A stretch of 64,000 nt of DNA from Lingula anatina (taxonomy: Eukaryota; Animalia; Brachiopoda), in contig CM120645.1 in the NCBI GenBank assembly GCA_051362555.1, forward strand, positions 16,678,001-16,742,000, written 5' to 3'. Every line of letters starts with the position of its first letter. The first letter of the stretch is position 1. A model generated the notes under the pieces. The model was given only the letters and a program-made list of their open reading frames with translations. It did not search any database and had not been told where the DNA came from. This document shows positions 12,801-54,313 of this stretch, piece after piece. Both the position numbers and the translations under genes were made by a program.

Positions 12801-15800
12801 CAATTGTCATTATACTCACAGGAGGGGCCAATCTTACTAAAACGCAGGTTGAGTTTGAAAATCAGCATAATCGTGCCTTTATTTTAGAAGTTATGCTGTT
12901 TTTTCACATTTCCTCACATTCAATTCTTAGGCATGTTAACAGTCTCATTATTGAACTAATAAGATACGTAAATGTGTTTGTTTGGCATTTCCTGCATCTT
13001 TACAACATTGTTAGTTGATTTTGTAAAAATGATGGTAAACTTGTTATCATATATTGTGTAATCAAGTGTCAAAAATGGAAATAAACTCATATCATTGCAG
13101 TTTGTCAGATCCATTCATCCACTATGTTCAGAATCTCAGAATGGAGGAAGTTGGACATTTAACACTGTTCTATTAATACTTTTCCCATCTCATCAATTTT
13201 CTTCATTGGTCATATAAAAATGGCAGTAAACTGTTTATTTTGTTTTATGTTAAAAAAGTGTTAAAAATGGAAATAAACCCATTTCAGAACCGTGCTGTCT
13301 TGTTTACATTTTGGCATTTTCAAGATGTGACTTTGAAGTTCCATGGGCCTGAAGACTTTTGCTAGTCACATTTTCTGAATAACCATGATAATAATATTTT
13401 ATAATTAAGAATGATGGTCATTATGCTGTAAAACATTATGTAATATTGCATCAAAATTTGAAGAAACCCCTATTTTGGGCACTGCTCCCATGATGACCAT
13501 TTAAGGAAAATCATGTCACTTACTGTTCTCAAACTTACAGGAAAGAAACATGGGACTAAAATACAGCTTCAGTAGGCAATGAAGTCTGTTTGGTAAATTG
13601 TTCTGGTAGTTAAACAGTTTTTTGTGAAAATTTAATTTTTCACATATTGGCATTTTCAAGGTGTGACTTTGAAGTTCCATGATCCTGAAGACCTTTGCTT
13701 GTCACATTTCCTGAATATCCGTGATACTAATATTTTATAATTAAAAATTGATGGTCATTATGCTGTTAAACATTATGTAATGTTGCATCAAAATTTGAAG
13801 AAACCCCTATTTTGGGCACTGCTCCCATGCTGACCATTTAAGGAAAATCATGTCAATTACTGTTCTCAAACTTACAGGAAAGAAACATGGGTCTAAAATA
13901 CAGCTTCAGTAGGCAATGCAGTCTGTTTGGTAAATTTTTCTGGCAATTAAGCAGTTTTTTGTGAAAATTTAATTTTTTACATATTGGCATTTCCAAGGTG
14001 TGACTTAGAACCTCCATGGGCTTGAAGACCCATGCTAGTCACATTTTCTGAAAATCCATGACACTGATATTTTATTATTAAAAATCGATGGTCATTATGC
14101 TGTTAAGCATTATGTTATGTTGCATCAAAATAGAAGAAAACACAATTTTTGGTGCTGCTGCCTTGATGACCATTATGGGAAAACCGTGTTACTTATGACT
14201 GTCAAACTTTCAAAAAAGAAACACAGGACTAAAATGCAGCCTGAGTTAGAAAAGCAGTCTAATTGGCTTCTTTTTCTGGAAGTTATACATTTTAGTGTAA
14301 TATTCATTATCTTTTTGGCATATTCATTGTGGGACTCGGAGCTCCCATGGACATGAAGCCAAATGGTAATCATATTTTCTACATGTCCATCCTATTTATA
14401 GTCAATAAACAAAAATTGGTGATAATTATTCTCTAATTTATTATGTAATGTTACATCAAAATTGACAACAATCTTTTTGCACTGCTACTGCAAACATTAT
14501 GAAAAGAAAACTGTGCTACTTATTATAATTTTAAACTTACGAGTACGATTTTTAGGATTGGCCTTCAGCTCATATGAGAAAACCAGCTCTATTGGATTAT
14601 CATTTTTACTGTATTTATGCATTTTTTGTGAAATTTTCATTTTTCTCATTCTGGCAATTTCTAAGTATAAACTTGAACTCTGATGGGCCTGAAGCCTTAT
14701 GCTTTTACTTTCGTCTGTGTTACCTGTTGTGCATAAGTTGATGTTGACTGTGCAGTTAAACATAATGTATTATTGCATCAGGATTGGTAGTCTTCTATTT
14801 AGGGCATTATGGTTTTGTGCTTTTCTTAAGGTGTGACTTATGGGCCTGAAGACCTTTGAGTGGGTCATTCTGTAAATTACCCTTGGGTATCACTAGATTA
14901 ATTTCAGAGTTATAAAGTCATTTGCCTTAATAGGCCATTAAATAAGATTACGTAAAGCACACTTGTTGATATTTCCCTGTAAACTCCCAAAGGTAAAGCT
15001 CTCTGCTAGATTAATAATAAGGAAGCAGTGATAATTATGCAGGTAAATTTTGTTTAATATTGCAAATAAGCTTTATATATATATATATATATATATCAAA
15101 CTGGAAGATTAAAAGTTTGAATAGCATCTTCATTGGAATTATATTTACCTCAAGCTCTGCCAAGGAGGTTATATTTTCATCCCTGTTTGTCTGTCATCCA
15201 CATAACACAAAAAGTTATGGACCGATTTTGCAGAAATTTTCAGGAACTGTTGGAAGTGGGCCAAAGAGGGCAATGATTAATTTTTGGTGGTGGTCCAGAT
15301 TAATAATCAATCAATTATCAATAATAATCAACAATTGCTGCCTTGGCAGAGGTCTGCACTCTCAAAGTGCTTTTCTAGTTTGTTGTTTTCCTTTATAATT
15401 TTTTCTCAAACACTTCCATTTATAACTTTTAACTCTCATCTGCCTGGGGCTCTGCACATTTTCTGTATTTCTTCATAAGCAGTTGTATTGTTTTTTATGT
15501 CTTTAAACATTATGTAATATTATTTTATGCACTGTCATCATTTTCAAATATTGAGACTTTCATAATGTGAATTTGAACTCTCATGGTCCTGAAACTGTAA
15601 TCTTATTGAATGGGTGGATTGAGACCATCTTCTGGGTCTTCCGGAAGACAGTCAGATTATTAAGTTTATATTGACTGGTATCTATTTTTTTCTGTTAGAA
15701 TACCATCAAAATGGAGGATGGATCAACATAGATACTTTGTAATACTGTCAGAAAATATCTCTGGGTCCGCTCCTGTTATTGACCATGTTACCTGTTGTGC

Positions 15801-18800
15801 AAGATTAAAATTCAGTGTTGACTGACAGTGCTATTATAAACATTATTTATTATTGCATCAAAATTGACAAAATGACCTTTTTTGCATCTTTATTTTCTGT
15901 TTTTTGTCTGTACATTTGTCAGCTTTGCTGCCTTGTTTCCTTTTTTCAGCATATGTGCAACACTGTAAACACAATTTAAGAAAAACAGATGGGCCAATTG
16001 TCATTAAACTCACAGGAGTGGTCAATCTTACTAAAACGCAGGTTGAGTTCGAAAATCAGCATAATCGGGCCATTATTTTAGAAGTTATGCTGTTTTTTCA
16101 CATTTCCTCAGATTCAATTCTTAGGCATGTTAACAGTCTTATTATTTTACTAATAAGATACATTAAAGTGTTTGTTTGACATTTCCTGCATCTTTACAAC
16201 ATTGTTAGTAGATTATGTAAAAATGATGGTAAACTTGTTATCGTGTATTGTGTAATAAAGTGTCAAAAATGGAAATAAACTCATATCATTGCAGTTTGTC
16301 AGATTCAATCATTCACTATGTTCAGAATCTCAGAATGGAGGAAATTGGACATTTAACATTATTCTAATGATATTTTCCCATCTCATCAATTATCTTAGTT
16401 GATGCTATAAAAATGGCAGTAAACTGTTTATTTTGTTTTATGTTAAAAAAAGTGTTAAAAATGGAAATAAACCCATGACAGAACAGTGCTGTCTTGTTTC
16501 ACATTTCCTCAGATTCAATTCTTAGGCATCTTATTATTTAACTAATAAGACATGTAAAAGTGTTTGGTTGACATTTCCTGCATCTTTACAACATTATTAG
16601 TTGATTATGTAAAAATGATGGTAAACTTGTTATCTTGTATTGTGTAATAAAGTTTCAAAAATGGAAACAAACTCATATCATTGCAGTTTGTCAGATTTAA
16701 TCATTCACTATGTTCAGAATCTCAGAATGGAGGAAATTGGACATTTAACACTGTTGTATTGATATTTTTCCCATCTCATCAATTTTCTTAGTTGATCGTA
16801 TAAAAATGGCAGTAACCTGTTAATTTTGTTTTATGTTTAAAAAATTGTTAAAAATGGAAAAAAAAAACATTTCAGAACAGTGCTGTCTTGTTTACATTTT
16901 GGCATTTTCAAGTTGTGACTTTGAAGTTCCATGGGCCTGAAGACCTTTGCTAGTCACATTTTCTGAATATCCATGATACTAATATTTTATTATTAGAAAT
17001 TGATGGTCATTATGCTGTTAAACATTATGTAATATTGCATCAAAATTTGAAAAAAATCTATTTTGGGCACTGCTCCCATGATGAGCATTTAAGAAAAACC
17101 ATGTCACTTACTGTTCTCAAACAGTACAGTAAATATGTACAGATGTGTCTGTACATATTGCCATCACCTGCGTCTGTCGTCGCCGTCGTCACTGTCGCTG
17201 GTGCCGTGCACTTTCATTGTAAACACGATAAGTGGAAGGCAATTTTACTTTTTGACTGTATATTTACAGAGCTGATGAATATTCATAAAATGCAGATCAA
17301 GTTCGAAAATCAGCATGATCGGGCCACTATTTTAGTAGTTATGCTGTTTTTTCATTTTTCAGCATATATGCAACACTGTAAACACAATATAAGAAAAACA
17401 GGCCAATTGTCATTAAACTCACAGGAGTGGTCATTCCTGCTAAAACGCAGGTTGAGTTAAAAAAAACAGCATAATCGGGCCATTATTTTAAAAAAATGCC
17501 GTTTTTTCACATTTCCTCAGATTCAATTCTTAGGCATGTTAACAGTTTCATTATTTAATTAATAAGATACGTAAAAGTGTTTGTTTGGCATTTCCTGCAT
17601 CTTTACAACATTATTAGTTGATTATGTAAAAATGATGGTAAACTTGTTATCATGTATTGTGTAATAAAGTTTCAAAAATGGAAATAAACTCATATCATTG
17701 CAGTTTGTCAGATTCAATCATTCACTATGTTCAGAATCTCAGAATGGAAGAAATTGGACATTTAACACTGCTCTATTGATATTTTCCCCATCTCATCAAT
17801 TTTCTTAGTTGATCATATAAAAACGGCAGTAAACTGTTAATTTTGTGTTATGTTAAAAATTATAAAAAATAAAAAAAAAAACATTTCAGAACAGTGCTGT
17901 CTTGTTTACATTTTGGCATTTTCAAGTTGTGACTTGAAGTTCCATGGGCCTGAAGACCTTTGCTAGTCACATTTTCTGAATATCCATAATACTAATATTT
18001 TATTATTAAAATTGATGGTCATTATGCTGTTAAACATTATGTAATATTGCATCAAAATTTGAAAAAAAGTATTTTGGGCACTGCTGCCATGAGGACCATT
18101 ATGGGAAAATCATGTTACTTATGATTGCCTTACTTTCAATAAAAGAAATACAGGACTTAAATGCAGCCTGAGTTGGAAAAGCAGTCTAATTGGCTTCTTT
18201 TTCTGGAAGTTATACATATACAAAGTGTGAACTTGTTACACATTTTACTTACATTGGTATTACCTGTTGAGCATAATTAAAATTTGATGTTGAATTTGCA
18301 GTTTAACATAATGTACTTTTGCATCAGAATTGACAGTAGCCTATTTTGTGCATAGTTATTTCCTGTTTTTTGTCTGTACATTTGACAGCTTTGCTGCCTT
18401 GTTTTTTTCCAGGTTTGTAAGTGTGAGTGACCTGTTTGAGCCAACAGAAGATGGAGTATCAACTCAGGTGAGAAGAAAAATTCTATGACACACTTAAAAT
18501 GTCACTGTGCACATTAGACTTTATTGAGGTTTCTGTATTTGCATTTAACAGTGACCTTGTATTTTAAGTGTAGATATATACTGAAGAGCAGTGGCGTGAA
18601 TTTAGTTACATTTAAATGCCCTCAAGTTTGGGAAGTTTGTCGCCATGGGTCGACAATGTTTTTTTTTTTTGGTCACTTACACAGCAACTTTCTTATAAGA
18701 ATCTGAAAAAATTACTGTGGCTGGTTGATTGTTGTTTTGTGGTTAATCATTTCAAGGGCAATGCTTGCATTCTTTTTTGTCCTGTTCAAATGATATTAGT

Positions 18801-19057
18801 CTTCATGACAAGTTAGACGGACTTATCATTTTTTGTCCAGGTGTTCTAGCACACAGATTTCTTATAAGTGTGTTTGTAGTAAAATTTTCTATCAGTGCTG
18901 TTCTTTATAATTTTAGCTGTTTGTCTCCAAGTCGTATGATGCTACGACCCATTTTGAGACAACATGCCAGGATGTACTAGACATTTACCGCAAAGCGATG
19001 GGCCACGAATTTGACTTCAGTCAAGTTAAGCATCAGTTGGGCGATGAGGAGCAATAG
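706..19057 (+). CDS. GDI: Rab GDP dissociation inhibitor, 5'-partial gene (9 coding exons in window, 430 aa + stop; first exon upstream of window)
   Basis: Exons 706-813, 4066-4162, 4809-4943, 5262-5469, 5998-6129, 10301-10572, 11156-11300, 18413-18467 and 18917-19057 are GT-AG bounded and splice in frame. They encode the GDI motifs [57 protein letters not shown] and [12 protein letters not shown]. Confidence 0.97.
2580..3125. mobile_element. Tourist/PIF-Harbinger-type MITE with about 150-bp TIRs
   Basis: GAGCGCATTCTC...GAGAATGCGCTC near-perfect long inverted repeats; TTA target duplication at 2577-2579 and 3126-3128. Confidence 0.88.
4066..4162 (+). CDS. GDI: Rab GDI exon 3 ([32 protein letters not shown])
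   Basis: tttcag acceptor, gtaagt donor, 97 nt. Confidence 0.92.
4809..4943 (+). CDS. GDI: Rab GDI exon 4 ([18 protein letters not shown]...)
   Basis: ttttag / gtaaga, 135 nt. Confidence 0.95.
5262..5469 (+). CDS. GDI: Rab GDI exon 5 ([13 protein letters not shown]...[10 protein letters not shown])
   Basis: ttccag / gtaagc, 208 nt. Confidence 0.94.
5998..6129 (+). CDS. GDI: Rab GDI exon 6 (YFDAP...GELPQGFA)
   Basis: ttctag / gtaata, 132 nt. Confidence 0.95.
6320..9910 (+). mobile_element. Non-autonomous Helentron-type element (HINE family B) carrying a satellite array
   Basis: 5' subTIR TATTGTACCACCAGC (6320-6334) with adjacent IR (6341-6353); exact 3' subTIR GCTGGTGGTACAATA (9861-9875); hairpin GAGGCG-GTAT-CGCCTC (9880-9895); CTAGTT end; T-rich insertion site. 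Confidence 0.85.
7290..9703 (+). repeat. Tandem satellite, 146-bp monomer, 16 full copies plus a partial one
   Basis: CCAAAACTGG recurs at 7305, 7451, 7597 ... 9640 (period 146); monomers highly similar. Confidence 0.97.
10301..10572 (+). CDS. GDI: Rab GDI exon 7 ([11 protein letters not shown]...QNQVNRHS)
   Basis: cccag / gtaagt, 272 nt. Confidence 0.96.
10786..11045 (+). mobile_element. Diverged 5' fragment of HINE family B
   Basis: ttattgtaccac...atggttt...aatctcaact...ttgcaatgcacccttgtc is collinear with 6319-6620. Confidence 0.7.
11156..11300 (+). CDS. GDI: Rab GDI exon 8 ([12 protein letters not shown]...LLGPIKQ)
   Basis: tttcag / gtgagt, 145 nt. Confidence 0.95.
12185..15935 (+). 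mobile_element. HINE family A nested copy (A2) inserted into A1
   Basis: Own 5' hairpin and microsatellite at 12185, 3' subTIR and hairpin at 15905-15932. It interrupts an A1 repeat unit that is intact in the copy at 31020-31080. Contains about 161-bp and about 337-bp tandem units. Confidence 0.8.
15144..15380 (+). mobile_element. Short HINE family C element nested in A2
   Basis: tttacctc..ctgccaagg 5' end, (gtct) microsatellite remnant, 3' ccttggcagaggt, GCACT-ctcaa-AGTGC hairpin, ctagtt end. Confidence 0.78.
18413..18467 (+). CDS. GDI: Rab GDI exon 9 ([18 protein letters not shown])
   Basis: ttccag / gtgaga, 55 nt. Confidence 0.93.
18917..19057 (+). CDS. GDI: Rab GDI terminal coding exon ([13 protein letters not shown]...DEEQ*)
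   Basis: ttttag acceptor, TAG stop at 19055-19057. Confidence 0.95.
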   Translation: MFVSKSYDATTHFETTCQDVLDIYRKAMGHEFDFSQVKHQLGDEEQ

Positions 19058-20993
19058 AAAGAGAAGAAAAAGACAAAACTGGAAAAGCTGCAGCTGTGAT
19101 GACCAGAATGATTGATTAATTGATCTATGTTTGTTATTTCACAAGCAGCCCTATGTATTATATATTTTGCATGTGTCCCTTGTATGGAACGACTTCTGTG
19201 TGTGTGTGCTCTGCAGTATTGTGGATCTAAATATAAATGTCATGTAAAGCTTGTATTATAATCCTTATTCTAGCACACATATTGAGAAGTAATTCCACTA
19301 CAGGGTGACTATAATTGCAAAGAAACTCTGGCAGAGATATGTATTGTACAATCACCAAATGTGTAGGGAAAAAAGGAGAGGCAAGGGAAGAACTGAAAGG
19401 AATTTGAGGAAGTTGGTTCCGTATTCATTCAAAGGCTGGATGTGGATCTTTGACAAAGAAAAAAATCATGCAAAGTCGTATTCTTTAATTAACTTGGATG
19501 TGGTTCTTTTCATCGGAAGGTGAAGCATAAAACCATATTGCTTGTAAAAAGTGGATAAGATAATTGATGGAAGAGGAAATTGGAGTTGAGCTACTCTTTT
19601 CAGAAATTTCTAAGCGTTGGCAATAAACTGCTTAAGTGTAAGATTAAAAGATTGTCAGACACTATTCATTCAATTATAAAAACTTAAGAGGGACACCTGT
19701 AATTTACTACATGTTGACAGCATGATTAGCGATTTTATTTATTTATTTATTTTATTTTTTTTGGGGGGGGGGGAGGCTTCAAAAAATTGTACTTTTAAGT
19801 GACATTGCAGAGCAAATCTTCAAAGCTTTAATTTTTTGACATTGCCATTCCCTGTTCATTCCACTGCTTGCAGTTCAATTATTTGATTGCATAATGCAAG
19901 TACCTATAATGATGTATCATAGTATTTGTGACTGATTGCGACTCAGTTGGACCAAATCTTCAACTGGACCAATTAAATGTCTTGTAGTCACAAATTTAAA
20001 CATTTGCTAACTGAATTTTAAAACATTCAAAAATCGATGATTAATAAAAAAAGCATATTATAGGAGTTCAGGGTGATGGAGCAAAGCCAGTGTAAAAAAT
20101 TATGAGCAGTTGAAACTAAGTATAGAATGTTTCCCACAGATTAGTTCCAAAAAGAGGTAATCTTTTTCATGTTGACACTAATAATAATATCCATGTCCTT
20201 GTTGCAGTTATGTTTGCTATGAGCCTGTAATAATATCATCATGTCAAACATTTGTGTACATATGCTTCTCAGGTCGTAAGTTTTGCCAGCCGTATTGAGC
20301 ATGACTAGTAACTTATATTTAATAAATTGTGTAGAGATCATGCACCCCGAGTTTCACAGTCTGACGCGGACTTTATATGCAGGAGAGTCGTTGCTGTCAG
20401 GATATGAAACCCAGGGTGTTGTAACATGGCTGCCAATTTTACAATCAAACCCAATTTATTAAGTGTTAGTTTATTAGTTGGGTCAGAATATATTAAGGGG
20501 GAGGAGTATGTTTGTGTATAGGATCAACTGTGCAACTTGAATAGCTGTTTGTAAACATGATAGAAGTTGAGCTTATTGCAGAGGTTGAACAATTTTGTGT
20601 AGAAGTTACATAAACTTTGTGGTGCTTTTCCATAGTTGTGTTTATAAGTATGTTCACATAAAAATTCTATCCTTGAAACTTACTGAAATGCAACTTCTTT
20701 GTCATCCAAAATGGAGCACTGAAATAATCGGAAGTCTATTTAGCTGAAGTTTAAGTGCAAAAACAAGTGAGTAACATTCGTTATCCCAGGCCTACAATTG
20801 GACGTGATTGAATTTGTTCGCAGGTTGCAAATTTTCTGAACATGGCTTCTAATGTAGGAGAAAGCACAGACGAAAGTCCTATCATTCATACTTTGTTCTT
20901 TGCTAAATGATAGATGAAATTCATATTGCTGGTAAATATTACCATGTGTTACAGAGGTTTTGTCTCTTTATTTGAATGTCAAAAACATTTGTC

Positions 20994-21136
20994 AATAAAT
21001 GGCGTATATAACATGAATTTTTGTTTTTAACAACACCGAGTCCGTTGTTGGACCAAATAATCCCTTAATCACTTTTTAAAAATTTGTCACGTTAACATAC
21101 TTTGTGTACCACAAATTACACTTTACAACATTTATT
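20994..21136. terminator. Candidate convergent polyadenylation signals: AATAAA on + (20994, GDI) and on - (21136-21131, PBRM1)
   Basis: The GDI signal is followed by a T/GT-rich stretch; alternative + signals occur at 19622 and 20043. Confidence 0.45.
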
Positions 21137-21581
21137 TATATTTAAGAGAATTTTAATCTCCTTACATCAATTTTCTGTAGGTACATAGAGGCAACTGTAC
21201 AACATAAAATCATCATGCAGCCCCTTGATATTTTGTCTGCTAAACTTGCTTTGACAGCACCAACTCCAACTCAAATAGTTCAGACTGATGCACTGGGATA
21301 AAAGCTCATTTCCAAGATCTTGTGATCTCTACTTGACTTAAACTGATGCTGCACATCCTTGACTAAATTTCAGTGAAAGATAGATAAAACGGATGTTAAA
21401 AAATAAACAAAAAAAAAAAGACTTGCTTCTATCAAACTGATGTTTCAGTACATAATACTTACTGAATTTGTTCAAACCAGAGTCAACATGAAAACAAAGA
21501 AAAAGTTCCTTTTGAGGAATTTTTTTTTTTCACTTTCTGGTCCCAAATTCTTTAGTAAAGCTTTAAGCATTATTACTAAGT

Positions 21582-51020
<29,439 letters not shown>

Positions 51021-52195
51021 ACTGCCTCTGCCCTGTACCTGAATTATCAGTGTGGTAGGTAAATTGATAATGAAAACATAGTTATAACTTTTACCAAGGA
51101 AGAATTTTATTTTTACGATTCAGATACTGATTATGAAATAACTTTTAAAGGCCTTGCTACAGATACAAGCATCAATAAAACACATAGGATTGTCCAGCAC
51201 AAAAAAAAACTGTAAAAGGCGTCAGAATCTCCTCTGAGCGCAGCCGAGAATTAATTACTGCTTTGGAAAGACTCGCTCGCGCTGCCAGTAATTACGCTGC
51301 GGGGTATTCAGGGCACAGACCGTGATCACAAGATACCGCCAATAGATTTTTAGAAAATAGATTTTTCATGTGAACGGTCCCTAACACTTCTGCTATTTTT
51401 ACCAAGACAGGAGGAGGGCCTTAAACAGCTTTTAGGAAGCTTGTTAATTTAAGTTGTAAAGTTAAACACCAAGATTCAAACTACACCTACCTTCTACATA
51501 AAACTTTACTATGTATGTTGGATAATGAACAACAGTGATGCAATGGTCTGACTACATTATAACTGCATTTACTCCTAAGGTCTAACACTGTGTTGACAGT
51601 TGTGCAGCACTAGGTACTGTACACTTACAACGGTACAGCCCCGTGTGACAGTAATTGTAGTCCGCTAGGAACGTAGTCCGTTCCCCAATACTTTGTATAG
51701 GTGACATTCTCCCAAATGCTTACCCCAATACTCCGACCAACCCTAGTCTGTACTTATCATAAGGGACCCAGACTTCTTTTCTTGGGCTGTCAGACCGGTT
51801 GCATCTCCATAAGACGTATTTGTGTTCACATAACTTAATATTTTCATTAGGAAATGTGGCTGAACTTCGAGTTATTTTTTATGTTGAATGAGAAATTTGA
51901 AAAATACTACAACCACTTACCTACACTTACCTTTAAAAGACAGAAACAACAATAAAACAAAGGATTTCCCGGCAGAAAGCTTTGTTAGACCACCATGATG
52001 AATAAAGCTTTGCTTAGCACATTAAAAATCCAGTCCTTATTTACTTTAACATTGTTAAGTATCAAAAGAGCAATTTGCTTTCAGTTGAAGTGACTTTATA
52101 TTTTGCTGTTTCCCTTATTCCTGTTTTGAATATATACTGATTTATTACTTATTTATTAAAGTCGATAGTTACGAGCGACATAAGGCTTCTTTTAA

Positions 52196-52207
52196 TGCGC
52201 ATGCGCA
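52196..52207. promoter_or_regulatory. NRF1/EWG-type palindrome TGCGCATGCGCA in the putative PBRM1 promoter
   Basis: Perfect consensus about 270 bp upstream of tandem GTAAGT donors (51930, 51920) of a likely non-coding first exon. Confidence 0.55.
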
Positions 52208-52360
52208 CATATGAATGTACACACCTGCTAGGAGGCACCCCGAGCACGGAGTACCTAGGTCTTTCACTATTCCTTCTTTCCTTCCACAGGTTCGCGTTAT
52301 AGAGTATTCGGCTGATGTGTGTTATATGATATATCAAGATCATGCTTGCAATACCGAATG

Positions 52361-52457
52361 CAGGGGCGGATCCAGAGGTATTTTCTGACAGTTCCAAATG
52401 ATCTTTGTTGGCTCATCCTCCACTGCCCCCCAACCCCCGCACCCGCACTCTCTGACC

Positions 52458-52503
<46 letters not shown>

Positions 52504-52520
52504 AGACATACACACACGTA
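52361..52520 (+). repeat. Dispersed repeat (CAGGGGCGGATCCAG start, then (CT)n(CA)n), second copy at 56316-56470
   Basis: cggatccagag.tattttctgacagt...tctttgttggctcatcctc is shared; reverse fragment at 15745-15775. Confidence 0.7.
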
Positions 52521-53008
52521 CACATATATTTCTTTATTTTTCAAACACGTTTGGGCTTAATAATATTGAAAAGAAAGTTATCCTTGTAGTCAAATATCAA
52601 ATGTAGGCCAGTGAATTGCCACTTAGGAAAATAAGTTGCTGGTTCGAATGGAAAACTTGTCCTAAAACATGTTGGACCAATCATCCGACGGAAAATACGA
52701 CGAAAACATTCGACTAAACATCAATGTCTACGACCACAGTTTCATGGTCGCACAAAGGACGCAGAAAGGACGCCGTCATCTGTAGGCCCTAAAGGGTGTT
52801 TTACACGCATTAGTTTTACGTGGTCAGTGCATGCTAAACGAGTCAAACAAGGAACATGCGTTGCATAAGTGGTTTAAACAAAAGATCTCTTAAGAGACAT
52901 TGCTTATGTTATTTTGGAATCATCGTTTTTTATTTTAATTTAATTTTTAAAACTACAGGCTTGACAGCCGATTTCCCAACACTGTCTATGGCGCAATTTA
53001 GACATTGA

Positions 53009-53358
53009 AGGAATAACAAATGTTCTTTTTGGACAAAAATGGATTTTCCTGGGGTAATCAACAATTTTCCCGTACTTACCAATGTTTAATGAATCTGTTC
53101 CGACATCACAGTTAGTCCATTTTTTTTAAATAAAAAGTTTGGTTATTTAATTGTTATAATTTCTTAAGAGAGTATAACAGAGGGTAGTCATATCTATGGA
53201 GGTTACGTGGTCCAGTGCCAAGCAAAGATTCCAGAATAACTGCGATAACAGCCATTTGGTGGTTAAAAATAATATTTTATATTTCTTTTAGTTGTTAACA
53301 ATGTACCCCCGTTATTTATTGTGAAATATGAATCTCATATATGAAGAGTTGTTTTCCT
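53009..53358. mobile_element. Diverged second copy of the TTAA-target MITE
   Basis: Collinear with 33354-33690 (ttttcctgg..acaattttccc.tacttaccaatg, gtgaaatat..atctcata..gaagagtt). Confidence 0.75.
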
Positions 53359-53629
53359 TAAAAGAAATACAGGAGGTACATGTAGGCCTATAAAATAAGT
53401 TTAATTTAGTCTTTAGATTTGTGTTATTTAAAAGTAATCTATACGAATCATTGCTCGATCCGTCCCTGTATTAGGATTCGATATTTCATCCCATCTTTGA
53501 TTTCATAATTCTATTACTAAATGACTGGCCAGTGATTTACAACACCATCTGCCTTCTTTGCTGGTACATTCACAATACACATACCGGGCATGGCTTCGTT
53601 TTCACTGTATGACACTCTGCACTTTTGAG

Positions 53630-53944
53630 CAGTCGCGGGTTTAGAGTTGGTCAGGGGGGTCCTGACCCTCCCCCCCCCCCCTTCGGTTTCTGAAAAGTAG
53701 GCCTGACCCTCCCCCCCCCCCTTCGGTTTCTGAAAAGTAGGCCTATATCAAACGAATTTCCCTTCTTGAAATTAGAATTTTGACTCGCTAAATCATAGTT
53801 CTAAACCGTACCCAAAAAAATTTGAGACCCTTGAGCAGGCCCCGAACCCCACACCAAGGGGGCTATGGTCGGCTTCGGATCCAAGGCCCGTTGTTCTGGA
53901 CCCCCCCCCCCCCCCCCCTTCAAATAATCCTGGATCTGCACCTG
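53630..53944. mobile_element. hAT-like MITE
   Basis: CAG...CTG termini with imperfect TIR, 8-bp flanks cttttgag/ctcttgag, internal tandem duplication of about 41 bp. Confidence 0.65.
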
Positions 53945-54282
53945 CTCTTGAGTATTGAGGTAGTTTATTTGAACAAAGAAATAAACACTACCTCTTTGAT
54001 TTGAATGATAGAAAAACTCACAAAAGGGGAGAGGATGGGGTTTGGGTGGGGTGGAGAATTCCTTCTTCAAGACTGTTTGTTACCTCGTTATACTAAACCT
54101 TTCTTCATTTGATTGGCAGTAACACCCGCATAATATAAATATAATATTAGCCTAAAAGAATATATTCAAGGGAACATTCAATCAAATATTTTTTTTCGTA
54201 GTGTTTTTAAAATCATTTCAACTGTTAGAATATTAAATTTTATGACTTTTATGATTTATTCCAATATGTATATAAAAACGCC

Positions 54283-54313
<31 letters not shown>

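Larger units (their letters stand above)
11791..18402 (+). mobile_element. HINE family A outer copy (A1) filling most of the GDI exon 8-9 intron
   Basis: 5' ATGTACAGACA-CAGA-TGTGTCTGTACAT hairpin, then (GTCGCC)-type microsatellite and about 160-bp internal repeats; 3' subTIR TGTCTGTACAT (18371-18381) with CAGC-TTT-GCTG hairpin; flanked by T runs. Confidence 0.82.

Noticed and set aside
51240-51305. Short similarity (gccgaga.ttaattactg) to the 2580 MITE arm
   Set aside because: Under 20 bp, with no TIR or TSD support
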